Shown here: in pieces, positions 42,047 to 49,961 of the stretch
Numbering within the stretch: the stretch's first letter is position 1
How the letters are laid out: each line of letters opens with the position of its first letter
Sequence record: NC_027395.1
DNA length: 64,000 bases
Origin: Escherichia phage vB_EcoP_SU10
Direction: 5' to 3' (one strand)
Notes under the pieces: model-generated
What the model was told of the DNA's origin: nothing
Seen by the model: only the letters and a program-made list of their open reading frames with translations
The model's database searches: none
Made by a program: the position numbers and the translations under genes

Positions 42047-42301
42047 TTAAACTCCTTTAGGGAATGGGATGAGATTTTCTACTGCAACACGGAAAGATTT
42101 TTCTACGTTCTTATTCTTATAAGAGATAAATTTTCCATCAGCTCCTCGAAGGAGTACGTTAGTGCGAGCTGTATTTGGGGTTTGTTGAATCATAGAACGA
42201 ATGATGTTCTCTGAACCTCTATGCTTATTGGTGAATTTCCAACTGATAGTTTTACCGGTACGAGATACATCAATAATATTTACAATTTTTACAATAGACA
42301 T
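42047..42301 (-). CDS. Small protein, tandem paralog B (84 aa)
   Basis: See paralog A. Confidence 0.5.
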   Translation of the reverse strand: MSIVKIVNIIDVSRTGKTISWKFTNKHRGSENIIRSMIQQTPNTARTNVLLRGADGKFISYKNKNVEKSFRVAVENLIPFPKGV

Positions 42302-42342
42302 ATTTATTACCTAAGAAATTTAATTTGGTTTATATAAAAGAA

Positions 42343-42366
42343 AAGGCCACCTGATTAGGCAGCCTT
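42343..42366 (-). terminator. Candidate terminator (minus strand)
   Basis: Imperfect hairpin AAGGC..CCT/AGG..GCCTT followed on minus strand by TTCTTTTAT. Confidence 0.4.
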
Positions 42367-42370
42367 TGTT

Positions 42371-42664
42371 CTAGAGACGAAGCCAAGTTTGATAGTCAGC
42401 TTCAGTGTAATGGTTGTTTCGAGAGTTGTTTTTCATTTCCTTGAGAGTAGCTCTCAGGTCAATGTTATGCTCTCTCCTTGTTCTATTCGGGTCTGTATCT
42501 TCTAATAGATGTGAGTGATCACTACAAGAGTAGTGCTTATAGTGGTCCCTGTATCCTCTACTTGGAGAATACTTGGTCATTAAAGTTGCAACTCTTTTTA
42601 CACCCTCTGCTTTACAGAATTTACAATAAGTGTGAATTGTACATCTTTTTGTTTCTGCTGACAC
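42371..42664 (-). CDS. Cys/His-rich small protein (97 aa), possible zinc-binding
   Basis: CTIHTYCKFC and HYKHYSCSDHSH clusters. Confidence 0.5.
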   Translation of the reverse strand: MSAETKRCTIHTYCKFCKAEGVKRVATLMTKYSPSRGYRDHYKHYSCSDHSHLLEDTDPNRTRREHNIDLRATLKEMKNNSRNNHYTEADYQTWLRL

Positions 42665-42674
42665 TATAACCTCT

Positions 42675-42989
42675 TTATGAGCTTAAAGCTCCTTTGCGTG
42701 CTCCAGCTGCTTTTCCAGCTCGATCACCACTTTTGCCGCCGTTTGAACGGTTTGAGCTGACTGATTCAACACGTAAGTTGCTTGACGCATTAGAGCCTCC
42801 AGACTTGACAGCTCGTTTGTGTCCAACGTCTTTACCTCTGACAGCAGCTTTTCCATCGCGCTTTTCAACGATGCGACGTGCACGGTGGCGCTGAGCATCT
42901 CCGCTCTTGCTCCCAACGCCTGTCTCACCACGGGCAATTGCGGTACGTCTTTCTTGTGCATAATCTCTCTTTCCTACATGATCTGCCAT
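42675..42989 (-). CDS. Basic G/S/K/R-rich low-complexity protein (104 aa); alternative overlapping frame exists
   Basis: AGGAG RBS 6 nt upstream of ATG and TAATGTATA element 37 nt upstream; overlaps a 92-aa coiled-coil ORF (42683-42961) in another frame. Confidence 0.45.
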   Translation of the reverse strand: MADHVGKRDYAQERRTAIARGETGVGSKSGDAQRHRARRIVEKRDGKAAVRGKDVGHKRAVKSGGSNASSNLRVESVSSNRSNGGKSGDRAGKAAGARKGALSS

Positions 42990-43025
42990 TTAAAACTCCT
43001 TAATATATCAGTGTACACTAAGGAG

Positions 43026-43034
43026 TATACATTA
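43026..43034 (-). promoter_or_regulatory. TAATGTATA promoter-like element (minus strand)
   Basis: Exact 9-mer 37 nt upstream of ATG 42989; inverted repeat TCCTTA...TAAGGA in the leader. Confidence 0.5.
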
Positions 43035-43045
43035 TAAGTTACTGT

Positions 43046-43783
43046 TTAAGCTTTCTTTTCCATTGCTTTAACAATCGCCTTACAGAAACCAGAACGAACA
43101 ATGTCATCCGATTCTCCGTCTACAATCTCAGCGAACTCATACAGATCATGTTCATCAATAAAGTTAGTAGCCCAAGTAAGACCACTCTCACGACCACGCA
43201 TATCATGCTGGTTTGTATCACCCATACAGAACAATTGAGAGGTTTCTCCCAATCGAGTCATGATGGAGAAGGCTTCATCCTTAGTTGTGTTCTGGAACTC
43301 ATCTACGATAACAATGGCATCATTGAAAGAGCGACCACGGAGATATTCCAGAGGTACAAATTCAATGTTACCATTTCCGATTTGGCATTCATAGAATCCC
43401 TTACCATATCGCTGAGTAATAACATCAATGATAGGCATCAGGTAAGGTTCAAACTTCTCACGCATTCCTCCCGGAAGTAACCCAAGAGAGTTTCCCATGC
43501 CAACCGAAGGGCGACTCAGAATGATCTTCTGAATCTTACCACTTTTCAGTGCATCGATAACCGTGGAAGTGATTACAAAGGTCTTACCACAGCCCGCAGG
43601 AGCGTCTGTGAACACAACTTGTTTAGTCTTAATAGCATTGAGTAGCTCAGACTGAAACTGGTTCTGAGGGACTACAGGCTTTGCTAAAACCACCTCTTCA
43701 TACTCTCGCTTACCCTTACGAGTAACAAGTGCTTCCCGACGAAGGTCTTTCCGTGATTCTTTCCGTGATTGACGACGACTCAT
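43046..43783 (-). CDS. phoH: PhoH-like ATPase
   Basis: Walker A VFTDAPAGCGKT; typical PhoH length and layout. Confidence 0.85.
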   Translation of the reverse strand: MSRRQSRKESRKDLRREALVTRKGKREYEEVVLAKPVVPQNQFQSELLNAIKTKQVVFTDAPAGCGKTFVITSTVIDALKSGKIQKIILSRPSVGMGNSLGLLPGGMREKFEPYLMPIIDVITQRYGKGFYECQIGNGNIEFVPLEYLRGRSFNDAIVIVDEFQNTTKDEAFSIMTRLGETSQLFCMGDTNQHDMRGRESGLTWATNFIDEHDLYEFAEIVDGESDDIVRSGFCKAIVKAMEKKA

Positions 43784-43965
43784 TTACGCTCTCCAATTTC
43801 TTCGTAATGACACTCAGTAGTTAAACAGTCTTTACAGATTGCTGTATAAACCCTGACGTTAGTAAATCGTTTGTTCTTCCCTTTGGTTGGAGAGCCTTTG
43901 GCAAGCTCTCTGATAATCTTGTTACTTAAATGAAGGTTTGTTCCTTCGCATTTAGAGCACTTCAT
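43780..43965 (-). CDS. Zinc-ribbon small protein (61 aa)
   Basis: CSKCEG ... CKDCLTTEC. Confidence 0.5.
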   Translation of the reverse strand: MKCSKCEGTNLHLSNKIIRELAKGSPTKGKNKRFTNVRVYTAICKDCLTTECHYEEIGERK

Positions 43966-44281
43966 GGTTCATATCTTTATGAATCCTGTAAACAGCTGTC
44001 GCCATACAAGCAACAGCCTCATTGTGTGGGAGATGCATTCCTGTAGAACCATCCCAATCTTTGAACTCATTGTCAAAGACTCCGGTAGGCTCTGGATACA
44101 GAGCTTGCAGCTCCACTAGATCATTAGCAACTTGTTGCCATTTATCATCAGACCAGATAGGGTCATCCAACCAGTAATACAAATAGGAATGGATGATCAA
44201 TTGCCTTCTATGCCGATTGATTACTTCAGCGGGACTTATTTCACTTCCATTTGAAGTCCTAAATGTATTACTGTCAATCAT
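43952..44281 (-). CDS. Hypothetical protein with NAD-ligase domain Ia-like motif (109 aa)
   Basis: HSYLYYWLDDPIWSDDKW...LVELQALYPEP resembles LigA N-terminal pattern (weak, motif-level). Confidence 0.45.
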   Translation of the reverse strand: MIDSNTFRTSNGSEISPAEVINRHRRQLIIHSYLYYWLDDPIWSDDKWQQVANDLVELQALYPEPTGVFDNEFKDWDGSTGMHLPHNEAVACMATAVYRIHKDMNHEVL

Positions 44282-44526
44282 TTCACAACCTTAAATTTGA
44301 ATGTTGTTGGGTGATAATAATGCAATCTATTGATAGTGTGTTTTGTTTCAAGATATATCCTGCAAGAGTGGCACATGACATGGGTCAGACCAGTTACAGG
44401 ATTAGGTTTAAAGTTGGCGACAGTCTTCTCTTTATTACAGAAGCTACAGACTTTCTTTTCCATCTTTTCTCCAGTGGTCAACGAATTGCTGAAACACTTT
44501 ACGATCAAATGTGAAATTACGAGCAA
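44278..44526 (-). CDS. Zinc-ribbon small protein (82 aa; TTG start in track, ATG start possible at MEKK)
   Basis: CSFCNKE ... CHSCRIY. Confidence 0.45.
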   Translation of the reverse strand: MLVISHLIVKCFSNSLTTGEKMEKKVCSFCNKEKTVANFKPNPVTGLTHVMCHSCRIYLETKHTINRLHYYHPTTFKFKVVK

Positions 44527-44677
44527 TTCCGCATTCTCTAAAAGTGGCAGGCATATAATCTACATCACCTTCAGATGTATGACCATAGACTTGAATAAGC
44601 TTCTTAATCTTATCTTTCTCTCTTCGAGGAAGCATTCTAAATGCCTCCTGAATATCTGTAATATGTTTTATCTTCAT
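44444..44677 (-). CDS. Hypothetical protein (77 aa)
   Basis: ORF only. Confidence 0.4.
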   Translation of the reverse strand: MKIKHITDIQEAFRMLPRREKDKIKKLIQVYGHTSEGDVDYMPATFRECGIARNFTFDRKVFQQFVDHWRKDGKESL

Positions 44678-44689
44678 AAGGAATTCCTG

Positions 44690-44824
44690 CTAATCCTCTG
44701 AGTTGTGGGAACAGCAATATTCACATACTCCGCAACATGGACAAATTTCTACACTTGGGTCATATGCATCATCAACTGTCATCCCACACTTGGTGCAGAA
44801 CACATCGTCATCTTCTTCCAACAT
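44690..44824 (-). CDS. Cys-rich small protein (44 aa), not in ORF track
   Basis: 9 Cys in 44 aa (CTKCG, CPCCGVCEYCC); ATG overlaps upstream stop (TAATG). Confidence 0.4.
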   Translation of the reverse strand: MLEEDDDVFCTKCGMTVDDAYDPSVEICPCCGVCEYCCSHNSED

Positions 44825-45072
44825 TAATTCTCCAAACAAGAATCATTCATCAGTAGCTCCAAACTATCAAGTGTGTAGTAATAACCAAAGAATGGGGCTG
44901 TTGACTTGGAAACCTTTTTATCAAAAAGAGATTGAGAAAGATTTATTTCTACTCCAGCATCTTCAAGCTGTTGTTTTGTGGGGTATGTAATGAAAGAGCA
45001 AAGCACTTCTGTGTACTCCCCTCTGTCTGTCTCTTCAACACGACTCAGAATCCAAATACTTTTACTAGCCAT
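44824..45072 (-). CDS. Hypothetical protein (82 aa)
   Basis: ORF coupled to ThyX gene (1-nt spacer). Confidence 0.45.
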   Translation of the reverse strand: MASKSIWILSRVEETDRGEYTEVLCSFITYPTKQQLEDAGVEINLSQSLFDKKVSKSTAPFFGYYYTLDSLELLMNDSCLEN

Positions 45073-45073
45073 T

Positions 45074-45730
45074 TTAACTCTCCAAAGTTTTCTTCAGAGC
45101 TGCCCACGAGATTGGGTAGAGTTTAGCCATCTCTTCATCTAGAGATTTAGCAAACACTCGAACTTCATATTGAGCGTGAGAGGAGAGTCGCTGACGGCAC
45201 AACTCAAACCAGCCATACAAAGAACCAGTCCACACCCACTCAGTGATCATCCCCTGAGGAAGAACAAATCGAGCTTGCTCTGGTGCAATAAATTCAATCA
45301 ACTTGTCATATGCTGCTAGAGAAGCTTCATATGCATCGTTAATCAGCATTAATGCTTCAGCTCGCTCTCCGTCGATGAGTTGAATCCCTGAACCTGCATG
45401 GAGGTCCGAAGGTCTCGCAAAAATCTCTTTAGGGATGAAGACTTCAACTGCTCCATCTTTATACCGCCGGGACATTTCGTTCCACGAGAATCCAACCTGA
45501 TGCTTGCCCAGCTGTCTCGCAATTGCGATAGGTGCTTTGCATCGGAAACTGACTTGCGGGTGTCGGAATGGGGTAACATGCCTCTCTCTTGCGAGGAAGT
45601 TGATGAGACGTTCATCACGTTCATTTAAATCACCTTCACGGGTTACGCCAAAGGAAACTCGAGCTGCGTTTACTACGCTACGATCACTTCCCATAGCTTC
45701 GATTAATGTTGCTTGTAGTTGTTCATTCAT
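45074..45730 (-). CDS. thyX: Flavin-dependent thymidylate synthase (ThyX family)
   Basis: RQLGKHQVGFSWNEMSRRY matches the ThyX RHR...S..E.S.RY signature region (as KHQ variant). Confidence 0.75.
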   Translation of the reverse strand: MNEQLQATLIEAMGSDRSVVNAARVSFGVTREGDLNERDERLINFLARERHVTPFRHPQVSFRCKAPIAIARQLGKHQVGFSWNEMSRRYKDGAVEVFIPKEIFARPSDLHAGSGIQLIDGERAEALMLINDAYEASLAAYDKLIEFIAPEQARFVLPQGMITEWVWTGSLYGWFELCRQRLSSHAQYEVRVFAKSLDEEMAKLYPISWAALKKTLES

Positions 45731-45745
45731 CCGTGAATATCCTTA

Positions 45746-46021
45746 TTACTTATTTCTCAGGGCTGTGTCCAAAAATGCTTTCAGGTTTGCTTCAGTCTGC
45801 ATACCGGAGAGGCTGTAGTGTGCACCACTGTTACGGTCAGGCACAACAAAAGCAGGGATGCTTCGTACACCATACTTAACAGCTTGTTCACGACCATCAC
45901 CTACAAGGATGTTAATCTCTTCCACTTCTACATCAAACTCCTTAACAACCTTCTCAAAGGTAGGAGCCATTGCTTTACATGGAGCACACTGATCACTATA
46001 AAACTTAATTACTTTAGACAT
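45746..46021 (-). CDS. Thioredoxin-like protein
   Basis: CAPC active-site motif in a 91-aa thioredoxin-sized protein. Confidence 0.8.
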   Translation of the reverse strand: MSKVIKFYSDQCAPCKAMAPTFEKVVKEFDVEVEEINILVGDGREQAVKYGVRSIPAFVVPDRNSGAHYSLSGMQTEANLKAFLDTALRNK

Positions 46022-46029
46022 GTAAATCC

Positions 46030-46209
46030 TTATGCAGTCAGGAGGTGAAGCAGGAATGGGATAACAACAGCTACGATAACCATGATAGTTGATGCTGTTT
46101 GAATCTCACCTTTCTTATCAGGAGTTTCTTCAATAAGCTTACCAGAAGCCCAATAAATACCACCACCAATAAAGATAGCCCAAATACCCCATACGATTGC
46201 TGATAACAT
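46030..46209 (-). CDS. Small two-TM membrane protein (59 aa), not in ORF track
   Basis: AAGGA RBS; two hydrophobic helices (LSAIVWGIWAIFIGGGIYWA and MVIVAVVIPFLLHLL). Confidence 0.4.
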   Translation of the reverse strand: MLSAIVWGIWAIFIGGGIYWASGKLIEETPDKKGEIQTASTIMVIVAVVIPFLLHLLTA

Positions 46210-46269
46210 ATATCTATATCCTTATAAATAAGTTCGCCCCACCTCGGGTTAGGAGACAGGGCGGAGGTT

Positions 46270-46881
46270 TTAGTAAGACACATCACCACTTGAATGGGAC
46301 ATGTTGCTCTTGACGAAGTAGCAATACTTGCCAAGACCTTCATTAATTTCTTGAAGCATACTCTGATCGACAGGGTAAGTGGCTAAATCGCCATCAAACT
46401 CATCCATCTTCTCAATAATACACATCAAGGTCATGCACATATCAGAGAGCATACCGTCCATGTCTAGATCAGCATTACCCTCTGAGAACCAAGCATGAGA
46501 GAGGTAGTTAGCTGCTGTAGCATCCACTTTAACACAGTGATAACGCATACGTTCAGCAATACGATCTCCTACTTGTCGTGCGTAATTTTCCAACTCATCA
46601 AACATACCATGAACACCCTGAAATCCTGCACCAGAGACATTCCAGTGGTAGTTTTTAGCTTTGATATGCAAGAGTTCCATATTAGCTTGTAAGCAGCTCA
46701 GGATGTGTTCTAGGCTGTTTCCGCTAATCATACCCTGCATCGTTTCAAGGCGAGAGATTGAAAGCTCTGACCGATCTAACATATTATAGTCGGCACGACC
46801 AATATCAGGTAAATCAAAGACATTCTTATGCATTTGGGTTTTCTCCATCAAGTTCAACTGAGTTAGCAACGTTACGTGCAA
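46270..46881 (-). CDS. Dps/ferritin-like protein (start probably internal)
   Basis: KNYHWNVSGAGFQGVHGMFDEL...DRIAER matches the Dps HWNV.G..F..VH...D...AER signature. Confidence 0.65.
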   Translation of the reverse strand: MHVTLLTQLNLMEKTQMHKNVFDLPDIGRADYNMLDRSELSISRLETMQGMISGNSLEHILSCLQANMELLHIKAKNYHWNVSGAGFQGVHGMFDELENYARQVGDRIAERMRYHCVKVDATAANYLSHAWFSEGNADLDMDGMLSDMCMTLMCIIEKMDEFDGDLATYPVDQSMLQEINEGLGKYCYFVKSNMSHSSGDVSY

Positions 46882-47155
46882 TATTATCCATTACCTGCTG
46901 GGTAATTACGATGCAGTTCTGTGGGTCTACTGACTTAGAACGCCCCATTTCAGGGTCATACACCTTAACTCGCTTAGCAGTTGAACCTGTAACCTGAAGA
47001 ACCTTCAACAGATATCCCTGATTACCAATAGACCAAGCAACAACATCACGATTCTTGATAAAGCGACCAAGCATATCACGATGATAAAACTGTTGCATCA
47101 CCTTGGATTTTGTAATCTCTTCAGTGGGCGGGGCCACTTTACTCAAATCTAACAT
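46826..47155 (-). CDS. Hypothetical protein (109 aa)
   Basis: Near-consensus AAATGTATA element about 40 nt upstream. Confidence 0.45.
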   Translation of the reverse strand: MLDLSKVAPPTEEITKSKVMQQFYHRDMLGRFIKNRDVVAWSIGNQGYLLKVLQVTGSTAKRVKVYDPEMGRSKSVDPQNCIVITQQVMDNIARNVANSVELDGENPNA

Positions 47156-47227
47156 AACTCTCTCCTGTAAAATACAAATTCTTATTGTACTCTATATACA
47201 TTTGAGAGTTATCATATCTACTACCAA

Positions 47228-47437
47228 TCAGTAGTAAATTACTTTAGACATAAAAGAACCAGTGTTAGGGTCTTCATACCAGCGATGTATGTCAGCGCTT
47301 TTTACTATTGTGCCCAGAGTCTTCAACTGTTTCTTAGCAATACGAGCCTCTTTGCGAGTGTCAAACAATTTGATGTTATCTTTTCTCATGTGTTGCTCAA
47401 GATCCCAAACAACATGAATAGTCCACATCTTTTTCAT
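47228..47437 (-). CDS. Small protein, tandem paralog 3 of 3 (69 aa)
   Basis: Shares the W.V.V.D...TR..AR..KK...G...SKV.YY pattern; start overlaps upstream stop. Confidence 0.5.
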   Translation of the reverse strand: MKKMWTIHVVWDLEQHMRKDNIKLFDTRKEARIAKKQLKTLGTIVKSADIHRWYEDPNTGSFMSKVIYY

Positions 47438-47646
47438 TAGTAATGTACCTTTCCGCTAATATAAACACGACCAGAGGAATACTCTCTGGCCTTATGAATA
47501 CTGATGCTCTTGATCATATCCATATTAAACATAGATTTTTTAAAATCTCGAGCCTGTTGACGAGTGGGTAGTGCAGTCATAGTCATACCACCTGATGCCC
47601 ACTTAATCTTCGCTAACCAGAACTGTCTCATGGTGATTGGTCTCAT
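47437..47646 (-). CDS. Small protein, tandem paralog 2 of 3 (69 aa)
   Basis: See paralog 3. Confidence 0.5.
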   Translation of the reverse strand: MRPITMRQFWLAKIKWASGGMTMTALPTRQQARDFKKSMFNMDMIKSISIHKAREYSSGRVYISGKVHY

Positions 47647-47843
47647 TAGTAATAAACCTTACTGTTGGCAAGAAAAGCACCTTCGCTATTCACAATAGCT
47701 TTTCCAATAGTGATCTTACCTGACAGACCTATCCCCTTAAAAGTTTTCTTAATTCGACGAGCGTGCTCTCGAGTATTAACAAAATCTACAGAGTTTATGT
47801 CACCTGTCTTGTTGTCATGTACACGAACAATCCACTTTTTCAT
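47646..47843 (-). CDS. Small protein, tandem paralog 1 of 3 (65 aa)
   Basis: See paralog 3. Confidence 0.5.
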   Translation of the reverse strand: MKKWIVRVHDNKTGDINSVDFVNTREHARRIKKTFKGIGLSGKITIGKAIVNSEGAFLANSKVYY

Positions 47844-48046
47844 TTTACTAAACCCTTCATGTAATCATAAAGATCATTAGAAGCTTTACCCCATTCAAGG
47901 TGCTTCTTATCCATATAACGCTTACAGACTTCTTTATCACCTTCATCACAAGTATCAAATCGATGACACGCCCGACCAAATACCATTGCTTTTAACTGAG
48001 CATCGGTAGTTAAATATTTAAGTTCTTGAAACTCTTCTTTATTCAT
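47840..48046 (-). CDS. Hypothetical protein (68 aa)
   Basis: ORF coupled to neighbours. Confidence 0.45.
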   Translation of the reverse strand: MNKEEFQELKYLTTDAQLKAMVFGRACHRFDTCDEGDKEVCKRYMDKKHLEWGKASNDLYDYMKGLVK

Positions 48047-48580
48047 TTACACACCCTTAGATGCAACTACACCTTCAGAGTTATTATAACGACCTTTCAC
48101 TGCATAGGAGTGTTCCCCTGCATGAGAGTGCTCAAACATGACCATCTGACCAACACGCATACCAGCACGAACTCGTAAGCTGTGGTGCTTGGTTACGTTA
48201 TGGAATTCAAATGTCAGCTTACTGCTATTAAATCCTGCATCTGCCCAACCTGCGTGAAGGTGGTTCAAACCACAACGAGCCATAGATGAACGCAGAACAA
48301 ACAGACTTGATATGTTGTCTGGAAGATTAAACTCCTCCATAGAGTGAGCCAAGAAGAACTGACCCGGAGTGATAACCAAACCCTCTTCAGGAATCTTTAC
48401 TTCCTTCCACTGAAGATTCTCTTTCGCATCAATATCAACGATGCCATCAGCCTGTTCTTCAACAAGGATAGTATCACCAATACGGATATCCACACTAGCA
48501 GCGTTAACATACTTATGCTCCGCATCCAGATAGCCATTGTCAATTACATCATGCAGTTCAATACTTCCTAGTAAACTCAT
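48047..48580 (-). CDS. dcd: dCTP deaminase / dUTPase-family protein
   Basis: RSSMARCGL...AGWADAGF...TFEFHN pattern typical of dCTP deaminase family. Confidence 0.8.
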   Translation of the reverse strand: MSLLGSIELHDVIDNGYLDAEHKYVNAASVDIRIGDTILVEEQADGIVDIDAKENLQWKEVKIPEEGLVITPGQFFLAHSMEEFNLPDNISSLFVLRSSMARCGLNHLHAGWADAGFNSSKLTFEFHNVTKHHSLRVRAGMRVGQMVMFEHSHAGEHSYAVKGRYNNSEGVVASKGV

Positions 48581-48589
48581 TCTTATTCC

Positions 48590-49960
48590 TTAGTTATTTG
48601 TTTCTACGTCAAAAGAGATTCCACGACCCGCTTCATCAGCAAACCGAACTGTACGGGTTTGAGGTTCTAATACTTCAGGGTTGTTAGTAATAAAGCGATC
48701 AGCGAGACTGCGGCTGACAGCCTCAGCGAGTTCCTCATGAGAAGGAGTATCAAGATCGGAGAGACTGCCTACCACATCTTGGGCCACACCTTCATCAGTC
48801 CACACAGCCCTAACAGGTGCGTTGATATCACCAACAGCGAAACCCTGACCAGAGAACTGACGTGCACTAACGTTGAAGCCGTTTGGTCTACCACGAGAAG
48901 GACTAGCCATCCATCTCTCCATAGAATCACTTGTAATACCAAGAGCTTCTTCAAAAGATGTTCTACGAGTAGGGCTTACTCTTCGTGACTCTTGTGCTCG
49001 ACGCATTGCAGGGGCTACAAACACCCCTTCAATTGCATTGTGTCGGTTAGGTTCCTCTTCTCGACCAAGCAGATCACCACCCGTGTTAGTCGTTAAATTT
49101 GTCAACCCCTCAGACCAATACGCATGAATCTGACCAGAACCGTGAAGACTAGACATAATCTGAATCTCTTCATAAGGGATTCCAAAGAATCGACTCATGT
49201 CTCGGTTGACACAATATAGAGCACTTGTTGTATCTTCAATAAGAGAAACCTGACCTAATCCATTGACTAGATGACTAACTGGCTGAGGTGTGGGAAGATA
49301 TCGAGTTTGGGCCATGTATTGATGTGCAACTGCTGGAGAGGAAAATCTCAACACTTGTGAGTTAGGCCACTTCTTGTGAACATACCTGATTTCACGACTA
49401 GAGACAACCACTGGACAAGGGGAAGTCATAGCCAAATATCCGTGAGAAGTCATGAATAAGTTGTCAAGAGTCATCGCACCACGGCACATCATAGGAAAAT
49501 TATCCAATACCTCTTCAATAGAAGTAGGATAATTAAACATGAATTGGATACGAACCCCATTCCACTGAAACTCAATAATATCAGTGAATGTTAATTGAGA
49601 ACCCCCAGCATAGGATTCGTTTGTAGCTTCAGCAAGAAGTGATGCATATTCAATATCTTGTGACTCTAGCCATTCCTTCACATTACTTTCAATCTCCCGT
49701 CCAAGCTCTTGCCAACGATCAGTTGGGATGAAAGTGTTTTGAGTTCTTGGTGTTTGTCCTCTGACAATAAAGATATCAATGTCATGTGGAGCTATGTTAT
49801 TAAGGACAGCATCACGAACAGCCCCACCAGTAATGATGGGACAGATACCATCTGGAATCAAGTTGTTGTTAATCAACTGTTCAATGAAGTGACGACCAAC
49901 AGTGATATCAGGTTGTTGAGCAACCTTATCTTCAATTTGGTTAATCGGGATAACAATCAT
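48590..49960 (-). CDS. Nucleotidyltransferase of CCA-adding/poly(A) polymerase type (start at MIVIPINQ)
   Basis: N-terminal ITGGAVRDAVLNNIAPHDIDIFIV (GGxVRD...DxD head-domain signature). Confidence 0.65.
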   Translation of the reverse strand: MIVIPINQIEDKVAQQPDITVGRHFIEQLINNNLIPDGICPIITGGAVRDAVLNNIAPHDIDIFIVRGQTPRTQNTFIPTDRWQELGREIESNVKEWLESQDIEYASLLAEATNESYAGGSQLTFTDIIEFQWNGVRIQFMFNYPTSIEEVLDNFPMMCRGAMTLDNLFMTSHGYLAMTSPCPVVVSSREIRYVHKKWPNSQVLRFSSPAVAHQYMAQTRYLPTPQPVSHLVNGLGQVSLIEDTTSALYCVNRDMSRFFGIPYEEIQIMSSLHGSGQIHAYWSEGLTNLTTNTGGDLLGREEEPNRHNAIEGVFVAPAMRRAQESRRVSPTRRTSFEEALGITSDSMERWMASPSRGRPNGFNVSARQFSGQGFAVGDINAPVRAVWTDEGVAQDVVGSLSDLDTPSHEELAEAVSRSLADRFITNNPEVLEPQTRTVRFADEAGRGISFDVETNN

Positions 49961-49961
49961 T

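Noticed and set aside
46071-46343. 90-aa track ORF between the thioredoxin and Dps-like genes
   Set aside because: Overlaps the Dps-like gene and has implausible composition; a 59-aa two-TM ORF with RBS in another frame (46030-46209) fits the gap better.
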